This document shows, in pieces, positions 61,746 through 64,000 of a DNA stretch of 64,000 nt. The notes below the pieces were generated by a model. The model was not told where the DNA came from, did no database searches, and saw only the letters and a program-made list of their open reading frames with translations. Source of the stretch: Antechinus flavipes. Taxonomy: Eukaryota. Numbering within the stretch: position 1 is the stretch's first letter; the number at the start of each line of letters is the position of its first letter. A program made the position numbers and the translations under genes. Where the stretch lies: positions 242,854,001-242,918,000 of the forward strand of contig NC_067403.1 of the NCBI RefSeq assembly GCF_016432865.1, given 5' to 3'.

Positions 61746-62165
61746 CAAAAAAAGAGAAAGAAAAGAAAAGGAAAAGGAAATGAAGAGTCTTCCTGATTCT
61801 TTTTCTCAGTTTTTGTTTTGTTTTTGTCCATGATTTCATTGACGTAAACACATAAATGTTTATTTTCCTTTTATTACAAAAACACATGAATTTAAAAAAT
61901 GATGATTTGACAACTAGAGATTTTGAACTCCAGTTTCAACTCTATTTTGTATTACCTTACTTAAATGATTTAGCACTTAATTAATTTCCTCATCTTATAA
62001 AATGAAGTTAGACCTTTTCACTTCTAAGATCCCTATGAGCTCTCAAATCATGATCCTATGATCTTTGTCCCTTGGAGAATCTGCCTGTGGTACAGAAACA
62101 ATTAATTGGGTGTGTATTTTACTCTTTTTAGGGAAGCTGGTTTTCCGTGAATTCTTCCTTCCTGA

Positions 62166-63104
62166 ATGGAATACTCTGACTCTCCAAACAATGTGACTGA
62201 ATTTATTCTCCTGGGACTTACACAAAATCCACAACTGCAGAAAATACTCTTTGTTGTATTTTTAGTCATCTTTCTCTTCACTGCATTGGCCAACCTGTTC
62301 ATTGCAGTCACCATTGCTCTAAGCCCTACACTTTCAGCTCCCATGTACTTCTTTCTCACTTTTTTATCTTTTATTGATGCCTGCTATACCTCAGTTCCCA
62401 CCCCTAAGATGATTATTGACTTGTTGTATCACAGAAGAACTATCTCCTTCAATAGCTGTCTCACTCAACTATTTGTTGAACATTTTCTTGGGGGTTCTGA
62501 GATTATCCTTCTCATCGTCATGGCCTATGATCGCTATGTTGCCATTTGTAAGCCCTTACACTACATGACTATTATGCGGCCTCGCGTGTGCTGCTTATTG
62601 ATAATAGTGGTCTGGGTTGGGGGCTTGGTACATGGCACTGCCCAGATCCTCTTCATCATCCATCTACCCTTCTGTGGCCCCAATGTCATTGACCACTTCA
62701 TGTGTGACCTATTCCCATTGCTACAACTTGCCTGCACTGATACCAGTATGCTGGGGATAATTGTTTCTGCTAACAATGGAGTCATGTGCATATTGATTTT
62801 TTCCATGCTTCTTGTCTCATATACTGTCATCTTGTGCTCCTTAAAGACACACAGCTTGGAAGGGCGACGCAAAGCCCTCTCTACCTGTGGCTCCCATTTT
62901 CTTGTGGTAGTCCTGTTCTTTGCACCCTGTATCTTCACCTACACACGATCTGTACGTACTTATGAGATTGACAAACTAGTCACTGTTTTTTATGCTATTT
63001 TTACCCCCATGTTAAATCCTATAATTTACACAGTGAGGAACACAGAAGTGAAAAATGCCATGAGAAATTTGCTTAAAAAAAGAGTCACTTCTACTTCCCA
63101 ATGA
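62166..63104 (+). CDS. Olfactory receptor, family 4 (OR4C-like), 312 aa, intact
   Basis: Complete ORF: [48 protein letters not shown]. Candidate acceptor tttttactctttttAG ends at 62131. Confidence 0.95.
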   Translation: MEYSDSPNNVTEFILLGLTQNPQLQKILFVVFLVIFLFTALANLFIAVTIALSPTLSAPMYFFLTFLSFIDACYTSVPTPKMIIDLLYHRRTISFNSCLTQLFVEHFLGGSEIILLIVMAYDRYVAICKPLHYMTIMRPRVCCLLIIVVWVGGLVHGTAQILFIIHLPFCGPNVIDHFMCDLFPLLQLACTDTSMLGIIVSANNGVMCILIFSMLLVSYTVILCSLKTHSLEGRRKALSTCGSHFLVVVLFFAPCIFTYTRSVRTYEIDKLVTVFYAIFTPMLNPIIYTVRNTEVKNAMRNLLKKRVTSTSQ

Positions 63105-64000
63105 TATTTGCATTTGCCCAAATATTATAACATATGGTAAGTTAATCATGGAGGGATTATCTGATTTAAAAAAAAAAGGAATTGGAGGTTTATAGCACAA
63201 AATAAAGTTTTTGGCTATATGGATATGTAGGGTTGTGAAGTAGGAGACAAATCATGGCATTCTAAAATTATAGTTCTGTATTGTCAATTATCCAATTGTT
63301 ACTAGAGGTATTAAAAAGATGAATAAAGCTGAGAGTTATTTAAGGAATCATTTTGGCCAATTCTCTTATTTCACAGATAAAATAAATTGTGACCTAGAAT
63401 GATGTTACCAACTCAAAAGGAAGACGTTAGGAAGGGACATACATTAGCACAATGACTTTCAAAAGTCACTGTTTAATTCTAGAGCTTTCTTTTTTCATTT
63501 TTTTCCTTGTATATAGTTGACATATAATAAATACTTTCAAAATGCTTGATGGTGATTAAATGGAATGGTTTCAGAAGAGGGAGAAGTAAAAATTGTACTG
63601 GCTTCATCCTGGATAAACATGAGGATAGTATTAATGCTATTTGAGGAGCAAAATGTATAAGTAGAAAGACCATTACTTTTCTTGTTATAGAACTTGTGTT
63701 CCAATCTCATGCCTGCTATTTGATATCCTTGTGACCTTGGGCAAAGATTTTACCTTTCTAGGTTGAATTAAATGATCCTATGAACACTTTGAAATTATGT
63801 TATGTAGGGTTATTTAGAAAGGAGAACTTTATAACTAGCCACTAGCTTTTGAATGTTAATTATTATTTTGTGCTGGCAGACTAGTAGAAAAAAGGGTAGA
63901 AGTCCTTGGGTGGTATTCAGGGGTAGAACTTAAAATAAGAGCCTTTAACATGTAAAGGGGACGATACATAAATCTCCCATAAATCTTTTTTCCCCAGAAA

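Noticed and set aside
2777-63200. Antisense ORFs overlapping OR and gag genes (2777, 15656, 30044, 30211, 51597, 52116, 52387, 62102, 62561)
   Set aside because: Shadow frames of real coding sequence with no recognisable domains.

Overview
AT-rich mammalian genomic DNA, most likely from a marsupial (dasyurid-like). That assignment is inferred from WSINE1/MAR1-type SINEs and RTE/BovB-type LINE fragments recognised from memory of consensus sequences, not from a database search. The window is part of a class II olfactory receptor family 4 cluster. It holds six intact single-exon OR genes, all on the + strand (two OR4A-like, four OR4C-like), and two N-terminal OR pseudogene fragments. The cluster has grown by a >=5.6 kb duplication (about 4-5% diverged, with an apparent gene-conversion tract) and a very recent 4 kb tandem duplication that gives two identical OR proteins. 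The most unusual feature is a very young betaretrovirus-like ERV at 50578-54279. It keeps an intact 564-aa gag but has lost pro, RT and env, retaining only an integrase C-terminal remnant, and carries a perfect 8.4 x 51-bp array next to its PPT. Its 3' end is rearranged: a truncated 3' LTR is joined by microhomology to a gag-end duplicate, which is joined by 18/21-nt homeology to a second, ERV-free copy of the integration site. Also present: an older related ERV 3' end, an L1 with a probable 3' transduction, many old SINE/LINE fragments, microsatellites and a 133-N assembly gap. Difference counts are manual and approximate.
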